This document shows, one piece after another, positions 1 to 13,900 of a stretch of 64,000 bases of DNA. Both the position numbers and the translations under genes were made by a program. The stretch is taken from positions 2,775,319 to 2,839,318 of the forward strand of contig CM082594.2 in NCBI GenBank assembly GCA_040954595.2. Reading direction: 5' to 3'. Origin of the DNA: Balanoglossus misakiensis. Lineage: Eukaryota > Animalia > Hemichordata. The notes beneath the pieces were generated by a model, which saw only the letters and a list, made by a program, of their open reading frames with translations, was not told where the DNA came from and made no database searches. The first letter of the stretch is position 1, and every line of letters begins with the position of its first letter.

Positions 1-438
1 AACAGTGGATCTGCTTTAAATTCGGATCACATGACTAAGTGCCAGCTCAGAGCATTTTGGACTCAACCATTCTCTGGTCGGGATGGCCTTTTCGAGAGGG
101 TGAGAGTGGCGAAACACCTGAATGGTCGTAGACATTTATAAAATAAACAACTTGGATTTTTTTATTTTGGAACAAAACGGTGGATTTTATTAACAAAATT
201 ACTCTTTTTATTTTTGGCCGTGAATGACCCGTTTGTTTTTATGTTTTCTCTTTTTAGTGCAGACGAGCGACCGATCCCCATAAAACTTAACCCTAAACCC
301 ATAAAATCGTGAAAGTAATGTCATAAGTTACAGCTCATGTGCCTTTAAATAATAAAATCCAACTACCACAGATATTAGCCGGACATTGCAATCATTTTCA
401 AAAGTAGGCCTTGTGAAGAGTGGATGTTGACAGCAGAC

Positions 439-550
439 CAATCTGATTAAAATCAGATGTAGGGAACGGCGACGTGGTCTTTTTTACGCTTCACAGTGTG
501 AGGCGACACCATAAAAAACACGTTCCCTTCATCTGATTTTAATCAGATTG
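439..550. mobile_element. 112-bp MITE with long TIRs and 9-bp TSD
   Basis: TIR caatctgattaaaatcagatg / catctgattttaatcagattg; perfect 9-bp direct repeat acagcagac at 430-438 and 551-559. Confidence 0.85.
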
Positions 551-599
551 ACAGCAGACATGCGTCGATAATAAGCATTTGAAAATGGTACGTTTGGTT

Positions 600-1130
600 T
601 GCAGGCATGCAGTCCCCACCAGAGAATGGAAGAGTCCAAGATGCGCTGAACTGATGATCCCCCAATTAATTCTTGCATCCCTTCCACAGTTGCCCCCTTT
701 TCCAGTAATTTCCGAGGCAGTGCACTTGACTTACACTTGTCAATCAATTGATCGCTTATTAAATCATCAATATTTCTAAACTTACAGTTCATCCCCTGTA
801 AGTTTAGTCAGGCTACGTATTGATCTAATAGTTACGGTCTATTCTTGTTATTGGCGAAACACGAGTCTTTCATATGATATGATAGGTTCAGCTTTGGGGT
901 GAAATATGCATCCAGTGTTCACAGAGCTTTTTCATATACCACCTTGACCATCTGCCAACACACCAGGACTTGGGTCTCCAAGTGTTTCGAAGATATCTTG
1001 GATATAATGCATGAGTATAGGACCTTCTTTTGAGCGTCGTCTGTCACTACACCACACTGCATGGGTTTCTGATTGCTCTTGTGAAAAATTCCCAAGCGAG
1101 CCCTGCCACACTGCTTTGCCTTTTAGGGGA
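600..1130 (-). pseudogene. Degenerate Ty3/Gypsy LTR-retrotransposon gag fragment
   Basis: Minus-strand translation across frameshifts gives TDDAQKKV..IQDIFETLGDP..LDAYFTPK..SYERLVFRQ..NCKFRNIDDLISDQLIDKCKSSALPRKLLEKG, a pattern typical of metazoan Gypsy Gag. Multiple stops and frameshifts; no LTRs identified. Confidence 0.6.
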
Positions 1131-1489
1131 GGGAGTGGGTGGGCATCAACCTTTTGGAATAGATTATACCAAGATGGCAGATGGCTTTAACTGACCAGTT
1201 TCTATAGTCTCCAAATTGCATTTGTTTCCTTTCAAATTTTTGACCATTTCTCTTTGTTTGTGTTGCCCAAGGCCATGCACCCTTCCTTCCAAAATTTGTA
1301 TCTGGAAATCACCATGTTGCTACTTAAGAATATTCAGTAAACACATGGGTCCTGTAACCACCCCTTTTATATCTAGAAATGGATACCAAAATTTCTGCTG
1401 TCTGTACAGTTCAAAAGACCTAAATTTCTATATGTAGCTGATATACAGGTAGTGTTTTTTCTTTAGATGGTGCTTTGAGACATCATTTG

Positions 1490-1748
1490 GCCAGAGCAAT
1501 GACCTGGGCGTTGCTAATAGTTGGAAAATAATTAGCATTAATTTGCTACATTTATTCCATGGTAACGGCCAATCAGTAGTGTGAGTTTAACGCCATGAGA
1601 GTCCAGACCATGTGGTGACCTCGTTGCCGTGACATCGCATTTCGAATTCTATTGACATGCAGATCTTCAAAATTGAAGAGAGTTGACTGTGTGTCCAGAC
1701 CCTGTGCATGAGTCTACCTAAAACACAGTGGGTATGGAGACCAGACTA
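1490..1748. mobile_element. Partial copy of the TAG..CTA MITE found at 28864-29125
   Basis: Shares gaccatgtggtgacctcgttg..gacatgcagatcttcaaaat..gtatggagaccag(a/g)cta with 28880-29125. Confidence 0.65.
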
Positions 1749-2577
1749 AGATTCTTAATGCTTGCTTTGGTTTTCAGACGTTTTAGCCCAAGTGCAAACT
1801 TCAAGCACATGAATTGTGACTAAATTGCGCTGAGATGTATGTGTAGCACATTTTAAACAATTCTTAATAATAATAATAATAAATGTATAGAAATAAATCC
1901 GACATCTAGATTGGAAATCATATTAGCAAACTGATTGCATGTTAGTCATTAGCTTTAAATTGTTGGTAGTTGTTTTGGAAACCTTTCTTTGCCAGTTCAA
2001 TTCCCAGTTAATATTTTGACTGCATAGAAGTCCTCACATGTCCAATTTGTTCAGTATTAATGACGTTATTACTAGGGGGTATTGACAGAAGAGTATTGCT
2101 ATTGCAACAATTTTGCTCTCTCCCAACATTCCTCACAACACATTTCTCTCTGAATTCAACTTCCCAGAGGGTGTTAATGTATTTTCACATTTTTGGGGTT
2201 TCCATGTTGATTCGTGTTTTCATACCGACAAATTCACATGCTGCCGAAACATCACATCTACACATTAAACATCGTTGTGATACACGCTACTGTTTTCAAA
2301 TTATATATTGTTGACGGCCACACAAAATCTCAACACATTCATACTCAACCCATTCTAGTTCAGTCTCCATTCCCGTTCCACATAGCCAACATTCCAATTA
2401 CCACATGCAAATACATACAATACACAATACAGGTCCTTTTACATGAGTAGTGGTTCATGTACTTTATTGGATGAACTGAAAATTTACCCCGCACCAAAAC
2501 CCAGAGATAAAACCCCTTTTTATGATAAGGGAAAAAATCCTCTGGGAAAGCGTAGGTAACTATTCACCAAATTTACA

Positions 2578-2754
2578 AATAATTGTATTTTAAATTCTAG
2601 CCTCTAGAAAACCTAACTTTATATAATTGTATTTTAAATTCAAGCTTCTTGAAAACCTAACTTTATAAATAATTGTATTTTAAATTCAAGCCTCTAGAAA
2701 ACCTAACTTTATATAATTGTATTTTAAATTCAAGCCTCTAGAAAACCTAACTTT
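2578..2754. repeat. AT-rich minisatellite, ~44-46 bp unit, 4 copies
   Basis: aattgtattttaaattc(t/a)agcctctagaaaacctaactttatat repeated at 2581, 2625, 2671, 2715. Confidence 0.9.
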
Positions 2755-3559
2755 AATCTCTAATCTGGCATATAATAAAGTTGGTTTGGAGAAAGAAAAT
2801 ATTGAAAGTTTTACGACACCAAGCAAATTTTGGTATTGAACGTTTGAGGTTAAACTGACAAAAATCAATACTTCATCAGTGAATGAATAGTGTTCTCAGT
2901 ATAGCGTAACAGGTTTGGTGTAACTGTTACACTGTCCTACATATATGTATAACATTTACACTAACAGTAACTTTTGGTACAGAACATTGTTATTATTGAC
3001 AAATGCATTCAATTCCAGACTGACTTGAATACAAATTTTAACAATAACAATGCTGATTATGCATACAAGAAATCTTGGTTCATACACAGACCAAAATTAC
3101 TGAAAAATAGTCATCAAATATTACACATATATATAGAAGCACTTGACAATGTCAAGAAAATGCAAAATCAAAGATAAATTTCACATTAAAATGGGAAGAT
3201 CAAAAAGGATAAAATCAAACTGTTTATGTCAAAAGTAACTTATTCACAGGCAACTGTGCCTGTTGAATACAGTTGCCTGTGAATAAGCCCCAGTGGGAAA
3301 ACTTAATTGAAGATCCCCAAATTGGGGGAAAAAGACAAGGACACTGAGTTGACTATTGAGATCTCTAAAAACACACAATAAATACTTTGCAATGTCAAGC
3401 AAAAAGCAAATTGAAAGGTTATGAAGACCCCCAAACTTTGAGGGAAAATGACACAAGGATCAACGTTCAAATGTAAAATAACTGAAAACTGAAAAAAGTT
3501 TGAAATATAAAGGAAATTTTTTTTGAAAGTTTACCATATTGTAAACTAGTTCATTGTTC

Positions 3560-4700
3560 AAAAAAGTGTAAATAATGTGTTGCCTCGAAACCATGTTGCA
3601 TGGGCTTGATGCTATTCAATTTATGAACCCCCCCCCCCCCCCCCCCCAAATAAACAAACAATTAAAGCCATGCATGGCTTCTGGAAACACATTATTTATT
3701 AAAACACTCACATAATGCAGATGTCCGCAACAGTGTGTGAAATCATCTGTACAAAAACACACAGATGAAAACACACACATCTAAAAAATTATATAAAAAT
3801 GCTTAATGTCAAGCAAATGGTAAAATTCATATGAAAATGTGAAAAATACTGGTATATCTAACTGTTGAACACTGCGTACACATGTGTGAACAGTGACTAT
3901 TATAACACACCATGCAGCGAACCCTCGATCGTGATTCGTCAATACGACGTCACGTGACCTTAGTCATTTCTAACTGTTCCCTAGGGCATCAGTTCGATCG
4001 GTTTGGTGTGTTATAAAACACATGATGACTGACATTCGAGCAACAGTGTACCATATTTTTGATGACCTCGGGACTGCCAGTCACACCAAAACAGTTTGTT
4101 TACCCTCGGGCTATGCCCTCGGGAAAACAAGACTGTTTTAGTTGTGACTAGCAACCCCCTCGGTCATCAAAATTCACTGTTGCCCTCATTGTCAATCATC
4201 ATGTGTATAATGAACTGATCCCAGGAAACTATAGTGAACTTGAAGGAACTATTGCAATTGTTTATTCGTCATAAAATCTGGTTAGTCTTGTAACTTATAG
4301 CCATTAGGAAAACTGTATTAAACACATTATTTTAGTGTAAATAATGTGTTGCCTGTAAGCCATGATGTATGTGCTTGATGCTATTTCATGGACAAATTCT
4401 TTTAGAAAGAAAATTTCCATCAAAAAATCAAAGCACAGTAAACACTCACATAATGCAGATGTCTGCATCAATGTGTGATATCTGTGCAAAAACACACAGA
4501 TAAACACACACACACACACCTAAAATATTTAAAAGTCAAGCAGAAGCAAAATCATAAAGTTCATATTAAAATGTGAAAAGAAAAAACCCAGATATACCGG
4601 TATATCAAACTATTGAACACTACACACATGCGACCAATGAACTGATCCCAGGAAACTATACTGGACTTGAAGGATCTATTGCAATTGACTTTCATTCTCA
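3560..4700. repeat. Diverged local duplication with an insertion (~3899-4209) in the first copy
   Basis: gtgtaaataatgtgttgcct..aaacactcacataatgcagatgtc..tgaactgatcccaggaaactata occurs at ~3566-4260 and ~4335-4690; the first copy is interrupted by a block bounded by attataacacac and atgtgtataat. Confidence 0.6.
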
Positions 4701-5258
4701 AATCATGTTAGTAATGGCATGCATTTAAAACTCTCAAATATATTGCAATAGAAACCTTCTCATCTGTTATAGCCATTGGGAAAACTTCATTTAAAACGTA
4801 TCCTAACACTGAGGAAAAAGGACACAGTCAAAGATGAATGTTCAAATGTACTCACACACAGATTAAAATCCCTGAAAACTAAACGTGTATAAAATATCAA
4901 AAACATATTTTAAAGAAGTATAGGCCACAATGTCAAGTTTTTTATAGTATGCTAAAGAAAGCAGTACTTAAACTTGACATTTGTCAACCTTCACCCAACA
5001 CTTATTTCAATAAAAACATAAAACCAGTGTTTTTTTTTTTTTTACATTTTTAAGAAATGTAAAAAAACAACACTGGACAACTGGTACACACACTCACACA
5101 AACATACATATTCTTTATTTATTATACGAGGAAAGTACACTGGAGGAAGCGACAGGCATAGGATAGATAGGATAGAAAAGAATTGAAGAGGGACTGCAAT
5201 CTTCTGACTTCTTCTTCAGGTGTGATGAACCAGCTTCGTCAGATGACCAGATTTTTTT

Positions 5259-7013
5259 AAATATCGCCATGGCAACCAAAGATGCCAAATACAACCAGAG
5301 AGTACTCACAGATACCCATAGACCATGAGAATTCAAATATGAATTCAAAAATATCACCATGGCAACCACACATGCCAAAAACAACCAGAGAGTACTCACA
5401 GATACCCATAGACCATGAGAATTCAAATATGAATTCAAAAATATCACCATGGCAACCACACATGCCAAAAACAACCAGAGAGTACTCACAGATACCCATA
5501 GACCATGAGAATTCAAATATGAATTCAAAAATATCACCATGGCAACCACACATGCCAAAAACAACCAGAGAGTACTCACAGATACCCATAGACCATGAGA
5601 ATTCAAATATGAATTCAAAAATATCACCATGGCAACCACACATGCCAAAAACACCCAGAGAGTACTCACAGATACCCATAGACCATGAGAATTCAAATAT
5701 GAATTCAAAAATATCACCATGGCAACCACACATGCCAAAAACACCCAGAGAGTACTCACAGATACCCATAGACCATGAGAATTCAAATATGAATTCAAAA
5801 ATATCACCATGGCAACCACACATGCCAAAAACACCCAGAGAGTACTCACAGATACCCGTAGACCATGAGAATTCAAATATGAATTCAAAAATATCACCAT
5901 GGCAACCACACATGCCAAAAACAACCAGAGAGTACTCACAGATACCCGTAGACCATGAGAATTCAAATATGAATTCAAAAATATCACCATGGCAACCACA
6001 CATGCCAAAAACAACCAGAGAGTACTCACAGATACCCGTAGACCATGAGAATTCAAAAATGAATTCAAAAATATCACCATGGCAACCACACATGCCAAAA
6101 ACAACCAGAGAGTACTCACAGATACCCGTAGACCATGAGAATTCAAATATGAATTCAAAAATATCACCATGGCAACCACACATGCCAAAAACAACCAGAG
6201 AGTACTCACAGATACCCGTAGACCATGAGAATTCAAATATGAATTCAAAAATATCACCATGGCAACCACACATGCCAAAAACAACCAGAGAGTACTCACA
6301 GATACCCGTAGACCATGAGAATTCAAATATGAATTCAAAAATATCACCATGGCAACCACACATGCCAAAAACAACCAGAGAGTACTCACAGATACCCGTA
6401 GACCATGAGAATTCAAATATGAATTCAAAAATATCACCATGGCAACCACACATGCCAAAAACAACCAGAGAGTACTCACAGATACCCGTAGACCATGAGA
6501 ATTCAAATATGAATTCAAAAATATCACCATGGCAACCACACATGCCAAAAACAACCAGAGAGTACTCACAGATACCCGTAGACCATGAGAATTCAAATAT
6601 GAATTCAAAAATATCACCATGGCAACCACACATGCCAAAAACAACCAGAGAGTACTCACAGATACCCGTAGACCATGAGAATTCAAATATGAATTCAAAA
6701 ATATCACCATGGCAACCACACATGCCAAAAACAACCAGAGAGTACTCACAGATACCCGTAGACCATGAGAATTCAAATATGAATTCAAAAATATCACCAT
6801 GGCAACCACACATGCCAAAAACAACCAGAGAGTACTCACAGATACCCGTAGACCATGAGAATTCAAATATGAATTCAAAAATATCACCATGGCAACCACA
6901 CATGCCAAAAACAACCAGAGATCGGTACTCACAGATACCTAAAGACAATGAGAATTCGAAAATGACTTCAAAAATATCACCATGGCAACCACACATGCCA
7001 AAAACAACCAGAG
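5259..7013. repeat. 90-bp minisatellite, ~19.5 near-identical copies
   Basis: Anchor gatacc recurs every 90 nt from 5311 to 6841, then at 6934 after a 3-nt insertion. The unit has no stop in three frames, which explains the 593-611 aa ORFs. Confidence 0.97.
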
Positions 7014-7199
7014 TTCTCCATAAAATTCCAAGACACAAAAAAACGATATCTCTCCACAGAAAAAAGAAAAGGATTCAGCAGTCTTGTAACTGCTCATCAA
7101 AATGCAATACAGAATGAAAATAAATTACACCACTCGCAGACAAATGTATATTATACATTGTACATGCATAGTGGCACACACATACAGACCCTTGAGTAC

Positions 7200-7470
7200 A
7201 TTACAATACAATACATATGTACATACATACATACATACATGTACATACAGACAGACAGACAGACATACATACAGACAGACAGACAGACATACAGACACCC
7301 ACGTAATGCATACACACAAATAAAGAAATGAATGACACAAATAATAAATAAATAAATAAACTAATGAATGAATGAATGAATGAATGAATGAATGAATGAA
7401 TGAATGAATGAATGAGTAAACAGACAGACACATATGCAAGCAAACAAACAAAATAAATAAATAAAGCTGC
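7200..7470. repeat. Compound microsatellite (TACA)n/(AGAC)n/(AAAT)n/(AATG)n
   Basis: Directly visible simple repeats, e.g. (aatg)n at 7363-7414. Confidence 0.9.
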
Positions 7471-9732
7471 AATCAGCCTTGAAGACACCCCAGATTTTTA
7501 GCCCTATTGGTTAACCTAGAATTAGGTATGCACATTATCAATGAGGTCAACATGGTGAATGGGGACCCGAAATTTGGTATCAAATTTTCATCCCATAATA
7601 GAACATATTCATATTTATTCATGAGCTTAGAATTTAATATGCTCATGTTGAATGGGGTCAAATTAGGTCAAGGGTATCGTAATATCACCCATCAAATTAA
7701 CAAAAAACTCCACCTCTAGCTGTGTTTGTTAACCTAGAATTACATATGCACATAATTAATGAAGGTCAAAGGTAAACTTGGGTATTTCATCCAAAATTTA
7801 GAAGCATAGAATTTGATATACTAGTATGCATAATTAATGAGGGTAAAAGTTCAATGGTAACCCCCAAATTTGTTTATACACGTTGCTGCTATACTTTTAC
7901 CTGTCCATCAAAAACTAGTCCTCTGGCTCTATTGGTTTCCCTAATATTAGACATGCTCTTATCTAATGAGGGCCAAAGGTCAGGGGGTAACCCCAAAATT
8001 TGACTTTTTATGTTGGTCCTATGCTGCTCACTGACCAATAGACACTAGCTGTCCAGGACCAATGCATAGACCAGAATGCCAGAATGAGATGTGCTTATAA
8101 GCTTAACTGTACAGGTATAGGCCAATGATTGGGTCAAAGGTCATGGGAAAATCGAAACATAATGCTATAAAAATTTTCTCAAAATTGACAAGGCCTAGGA
8201 CCTTGAAATTAGGCATGTAGGATCTTGGCTGTATTGTGTACAAAAATTGGTAACATAATTGTGAGTCCTCATTTGTTATGAAAATGAGGTTCATTTGCAA
8301 ATTTCAATCCAATATGGCCGCTAGGTCGCATGATTAATTAAAAATTCAAGAGTGTTATGCAGGAGATTTTATAGGCCTGCATCATTGTGCTTAGTATGAA
8401 ATTTGTAGACTCTGGCCAATAAGGTCCCCACCCATATGGGGCTTGGGCACCCAATTAATTAATAAACATTTATCACCCATGACAAAATCCCCTTTGGCTT
8501 AAAACTCGATCCTACGAGTGCCAACTTTGTATCATATAGCTATAAAAATCAATGTGTCACACTGACAAATGTACAATACTAGAATATCATGCCTTTGTGA
8601 AGTACAATAATGGAAAATGACAATTCAAGATAATAGAGAGAGAGAGAGAGAGAGCAAATCTGAGGTGGTTTACTGTTCATTGTCATGTAAATTTGCTTTC
8701 TAAACAGGACTGTTTAATTCATACAAGTTTTGTACCAATACAGAAATAATGCTGTAACTATATTTTTTTTGTTTACCATTCAGCTTATCTAAACTTTGCT
8801 TAATTTATATATGTTAGTGCAATATTGCGCTCTCTAAGGCTGAATGGTAAACACCTGAAGGCTGCTGTATCCAGTGCAATATTAGTGCTAATTTTCATAG
8901 TGCTTGTTACGTGCAATGCTTATTGTGCCTATAAGGACCCAACAACCTTCAGGTAATGCTGAACAAATCACAGCATAAATTTAGGACTGTAATAAAGCAA
9001 TAGGGTTGAATTCATTTGAAAATATTCTATTCAAATGACAAACTTAAAGCAGTACTGGCATGTAAATATTGCAATTTAATTTTAACGAGCTCCCTCTCTC
9101 TCTCTCTGACACAACTACAAAAAAATGGAATATGGATCAAATAACTGAGGTCAGGATTGATCAATGTTCGATTGCAACAAACAGGGGAATAAGTTCTGTT
9201 CTTGAAATGACGATGAAATCAACCAAAGTTCAGGGATTAAGTCCGCGAAAAGAAAGTCATCCTGTCCAAGGAAACATCTCTGCATATGACGCGCCGGCTT
9301 TCGAATACATACAATGTTTCCTCTTCGTTCCTATAAACAGAAAGAGGACATTTCACTCACCTTGTATTGATTTATCACAGCAGCCAAGAGATATTTAACT
9401 TTCAAACAGAAACAAAAATGTGCTTCTGTCAAACACTGGCCCCGGTATAAGGCCCAGAATGTGGCAACATCCAATCAGGTAATATATTGATAACAATCAG
9501 TGTTTCATCCGGGCAGATGGGGCCGAGGGGATTCACCCCCTGTTGACATCTTGCCATCATACCGGTAGTAATGTGTCACCTGGGTGTGGGGGAGGTGGCT
9601 GGGGGGTATTGGGGGTGGGTGGGGAATGGGTTGATGGGGAGGGGGTATGACTAGTGCCCTAAAAATGTCACTCACTCAGGCAAAGGGGGAGACATAAAAT
9701 CTTGTCGAAAAATTCCTGGTTTACTTTAATCC

Positions 9733-10916
9733 ACAGTGAAACACAGTCAATTACGGACACCGTTGGGACCATGTTTTTTGTCAGTAATGGGGAGGTGTCC
9801 AATTTAGTCAATCTCATTAATATTCATGACAATCAGGCACCAAAAAAACACATGTCAATGCTCACATGCAGAGTAAACACACATTAGAGGGAGTGTGACT
9901 GTAGCGGCAAAAATGCTTAGCATCTCTCCGTTTACACAAAAATGTGAATAAATTAAAATCGTACTACTTAAACTTCAACAATTGAGAATGAAAACGAGCA
10001 CTGAGTTCATTGAAAATCAAAGGCACAGAGATGCAGATTTTGGTGGCCAAACAGAAAATTGAATCATTACCAAGGTCATCACGTTGCGCCAGTGTGTGTT
10101 GCCTGTACGGTACATGTCATGAAGCAGCAAGTTTTGAAGTTGCAACAATTTTGTCTGTGTTTGGTCTGAGGTGGCAATTGTTTCTGCCGTTGCTAAATGA
10201 CCCTCCATCACTATTGAAATGTTTATTTACAGTCGTTGATTAATTGCTGTCACCCTGAAACCAGTGCACTTTTGGCATGGTGGCCACACTGGAAGGAAAT
10301 CATGTCTGTACCGGTAGTGTCAGTCCTTAGCGACAAGAACTTTTGAAGTGAACATCTGTAACCAGGGATTGAATTGAAAGCAACACTTCTGGTGTATCAT
10401 AAAAAGCTAGACTCTCTCACAGCCCTTCTCGCCGTCCATGCAGGCTTATGGTCTGATTGCATGGGGCTTCTCCTTTGCTGAACAGTTGAGGGCACGTCAG
10501 TGAAGAGCCTTGTAGCGAACCCTGGGCTGTGAGAGAGTCTACATAAAAGCTAACTGCTGTCCCTATCCTGAATAGACTTCCATTGTCGATATCACTCTGC
10601 CTTTATCAGGCACTGGAAAGTCAGGAATGTGTAAACTGTCTAAGGATGGCTATGGCAGAAAGAAAATGTGTCCATTGTCTCTGTTTGTTGCTTGTCTTCA
10701 ACGGTCAGAACACTGGGAAGCGTGTGTCCGTAATTGACAAGTGGAATTGAATACAAAGTAACACTTCTAGGCCATTATCAATGTCCACTGTCTGCATTGC
10801 AAAAGTGTCCGTATTTGTCAGGCTTTTTTTATTGTTTTAAGTGACAACAACTCATGGTCTACATTCCATCCACAATGAAAAACTGTCCATTTTTGCCGTA
10901 ATGACAGGTTTCACTG
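9733..10916. mobile_element. Degenerate pogo/Tigger-type non-autonomous element
   Basis: Left cagtgaaacacagtcaattacggacacc and right ..ccgtaatgacaggtttcactg|ta resemble inverted Tc1/pogo MITE ends; the right end recurs inside the adjacent macro-repeat. Confidence 0.45.
10408..10541. mobile_element. MITE with TAG..CTA ends and ~9-bp TSD (same family as 39778-39933)
   Basis: TIR tagactctctcacagccc / gggctgtgagagagtcta; flanks cataaaaagc / cataaaagc. Confidence 0.85.
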
Positions 10917-13900
10917 TATATTTCAAAAAGTCTGGAGAAAAGCTAACAATCTTGAGTTTCAACTCTTTTCAAAGCATAGCGCTAAGGACACTGTTATCCC
11001 CAACTCGTGTGTGAAATACGATCCCAGGTCCTTGGGAATGTGAGATTCTATTATTCTACACCGTCATCCATGGGGGTCAACCAAATCTTAACTTTTGCCT
11101 CATGTTACCTTTGAATTTGCTTGGCAGCACACAGATCCAGATTGCCAGATGCTTGTTATGATCAGGGAGAAACAGCTGTCTTCTGTGAATATGAAAAATA
11201 TGCCAATAAGTATTTCTGTGTCAAACAGCACAAAAGTAAAACATATCTCCTGTCTTCATGGACAATACAATACATCACATGCTGCCATCCACAATGAGCA
11301 GTGTTTGATGCTATCCATGGAGTCTACTGAATCTTGAGAAGACAAAAATTTTACCTTTGAACTCTGCTTGGCTGTTTAAGGCAGGTATGCATACAGATCG
11401 CACTTGGTAAATGTTGATCATCAGAGAGAAACTATTATCTGCAAAATATATAAAATATGCCAATAAGTATTTTTCTGTCAAACAAAACGACAGTAAAATG
11501 TATCTAAGGACAGATAATTTCCGGTCCTCATGAGTAATACAATGCCATAACATTGTGCGTGAACATGTGGACAAATCTCGGCCTTTTGTGACATTGAGAT
11601 CTTCAATGCAGTTTATGAATGTAGTGTACTTCAAAGGCTGGTCATTAATTTGCATACTCACACCACAGGAATCATGTCACCTGGTAACCAGCTTGGCGTC
11701 TGGACAGGAGGATATTTTGCATCATTAAAATCTGAAACTGATGAGAAAAATTGTGTAAATAGACAATTATAACTGACTGCACAGGACTGCAACTTGGCTG
11801 CTTTTTTATTGTTTTAAGTGACAACAATTCAGGAGTTTACATTCTGTCCACAATTAAAAACTGTCCGATTTTGCCAGGTGTCCGTAATGACAGGTTTCAC
11901 TGTATATTTCAACAAGTCTGGAGAAAAGCTAACATTACAATCTTAGTATAGCGCTAAGGACACTGTTGTCCCATCGGGGGATTACACGGAAATAGGCAAA
12001 TGCCCTAAATTCAAATTTTAAAGCAATCTGGTTTTCAAATTTTTGATGTGGATGGACATACATACAAACTGACACGCACGTACATCAAAGTACATAGTAC
12101 TTGTGGTCAGAAAAGAATCTGACTTATGGCTCAGCACTGAAATTTTTTGTTTTAAAGATGGCTGCCTGGTGGCCATTCTGATCAAACCGCAAACAAAATT
12201 TGATGTGCGTACGTACATCACGGTACATTGTCTTTGTACCAAATGTTAATGAAATTGCAGTCAAGTCATATCAGAAAAATTGTACCATACGCCCTATTGC
12301 AGTTTGCAGTTTAAATTGTTACCTTTGAAATCTGCTTGCTCTTCAGGCATCTACAGATCTATATGCAGGTTAGCTGATGTTGATCATCGCAGAGAAACTG
12401 TTATCTACAAAAATGAAAAATAGATCAATACGTAATTTTGTGTCAAACAGCACAGTGGACAATAAAATACATCCAAAATGAGCAATTAATTTCTATACCG
12501 TCATCCATTGGGTCTACCGGTACTGAATCTTGACTTTTACCTTACATGTGTATGTTACCATTGAATCTGCTTGGCTGCACACAGATCTAGATTGCCAGAT
12601 GCTTGTTATGATCAGGGAGAAACAGCTGTCCTCTGCGAATATGAAAAACATGCCAATAAGTATTTCTGGGTCAAACAGTAGAAAAGTCAAACATATCTCC
12701 TGGACAATACAACACGTCACACGCTGCCGTCCACAATGAGCAGTGTATTCTGTCATCTATGGGGTCTACTGAATTTTGAGAAGACAAAAATTTTACCTTT
12801 GAACTCTGCTTGGCTGCTTAAGGCAGGTATGCATACAGATCTCAGTTGGTAAATGTTGATCATCAGAGAGAACCTCTTATCTGCAAAAATTAAAAATAGA
12901 TCAGTACGTAATTTTGTGTCAAACTGCACAATGGTAAAATCTATCTACGGATAGATTATTTCCTGTCTTTATGGGCAATGCAAGACATCATTCTGTTGTG
13001 CGTGAACATATGGACAAATCTCAGCCTTTCATTGCAGTTTATGAATGTAGGGTTCTTCAATGGCTCGTCATTAATTTGCATACTCACACCACAGGAATCA
13101 TGTTACCTGGTAACCAGTTTGGCGTCTGGACAGGAGGATATTTTGCATCATTAAAATCTGAAACTGATGAGAAAAATTGTGTGAATAAACAATTATAACT
13201 GACTGCACAGGACTGCAACTTGGCTGTTTTTTTATTGTTTTAAGTGACAACAATTCAGGAGTTTACATTCTGTCCACAATTAAAAACTGTCCGATTTTGC
13301 CAGGTGTCCGTAATGACAGGTTTCACTGTATATTTCAACAAGTCTGAAGAAAAGCTAACAATCTTGAGTTTCAACTCTTTTCAAAGCATAGGGCTAAGGA
13401 CACTATTGTCCCATCAGGGGATTACATAGAAATAGGGGGAAACCAATCACATATGGCCTAAATTAAAATTTCAAAGCAATCTGGTTTTCAAATTTTTGAT
13501 GTGGACGGACATACATACATACAAACTGACATGCACGTACATCAAAGTACATCATGCTTGTGGTCAGAAAAGAATCGGTTGAAACATGTCTGACTTATGG
13601 CTCAGCAATTAAATTTCTTGTTAAAAATATGGCTGCCTGTTGGCCATTCTCATCAAACGGCAAACAAAATTTGATGTGCGTACGTACATCACGGTACATT
13701 GTCTTTGTACCAAATGTTAATGAAATTGCAGTCAAGTCATATCAGAAAAATTGTACCATACCGGTACGTATGCACTATTGCAGTTTGCAGTTTACGTTGT
13801 TACCTTTGAAATCTGCTTGCTCTTCAGGCATCTACAGATCTATATGTAGTTTGACTGTTGTTGATCATCAGAGAGAAACTGTTATCTGTAAAAAATGAAA

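Noticed and set aside
5190-5250. Hammerhead ribozyme (minus-strand CTGACGA/CTGAAGA)
   Set aside because: No downstream GAAA core or compatible stems were found.
5259-7013. CRISPR-like array or genuine 600-aa genes
   Set aside because: Units are contiguous with no unique spacers and no cas genes nearby; the ORFs follow from a stop-free 90-bp unit and show no codon-level divergence.
9586-9645. G-rich tract with G-quadruplex potential; also poly-C at 3628-3647
   Set aside because: Low-complexity sequence with no associated gene or other evidence of function.
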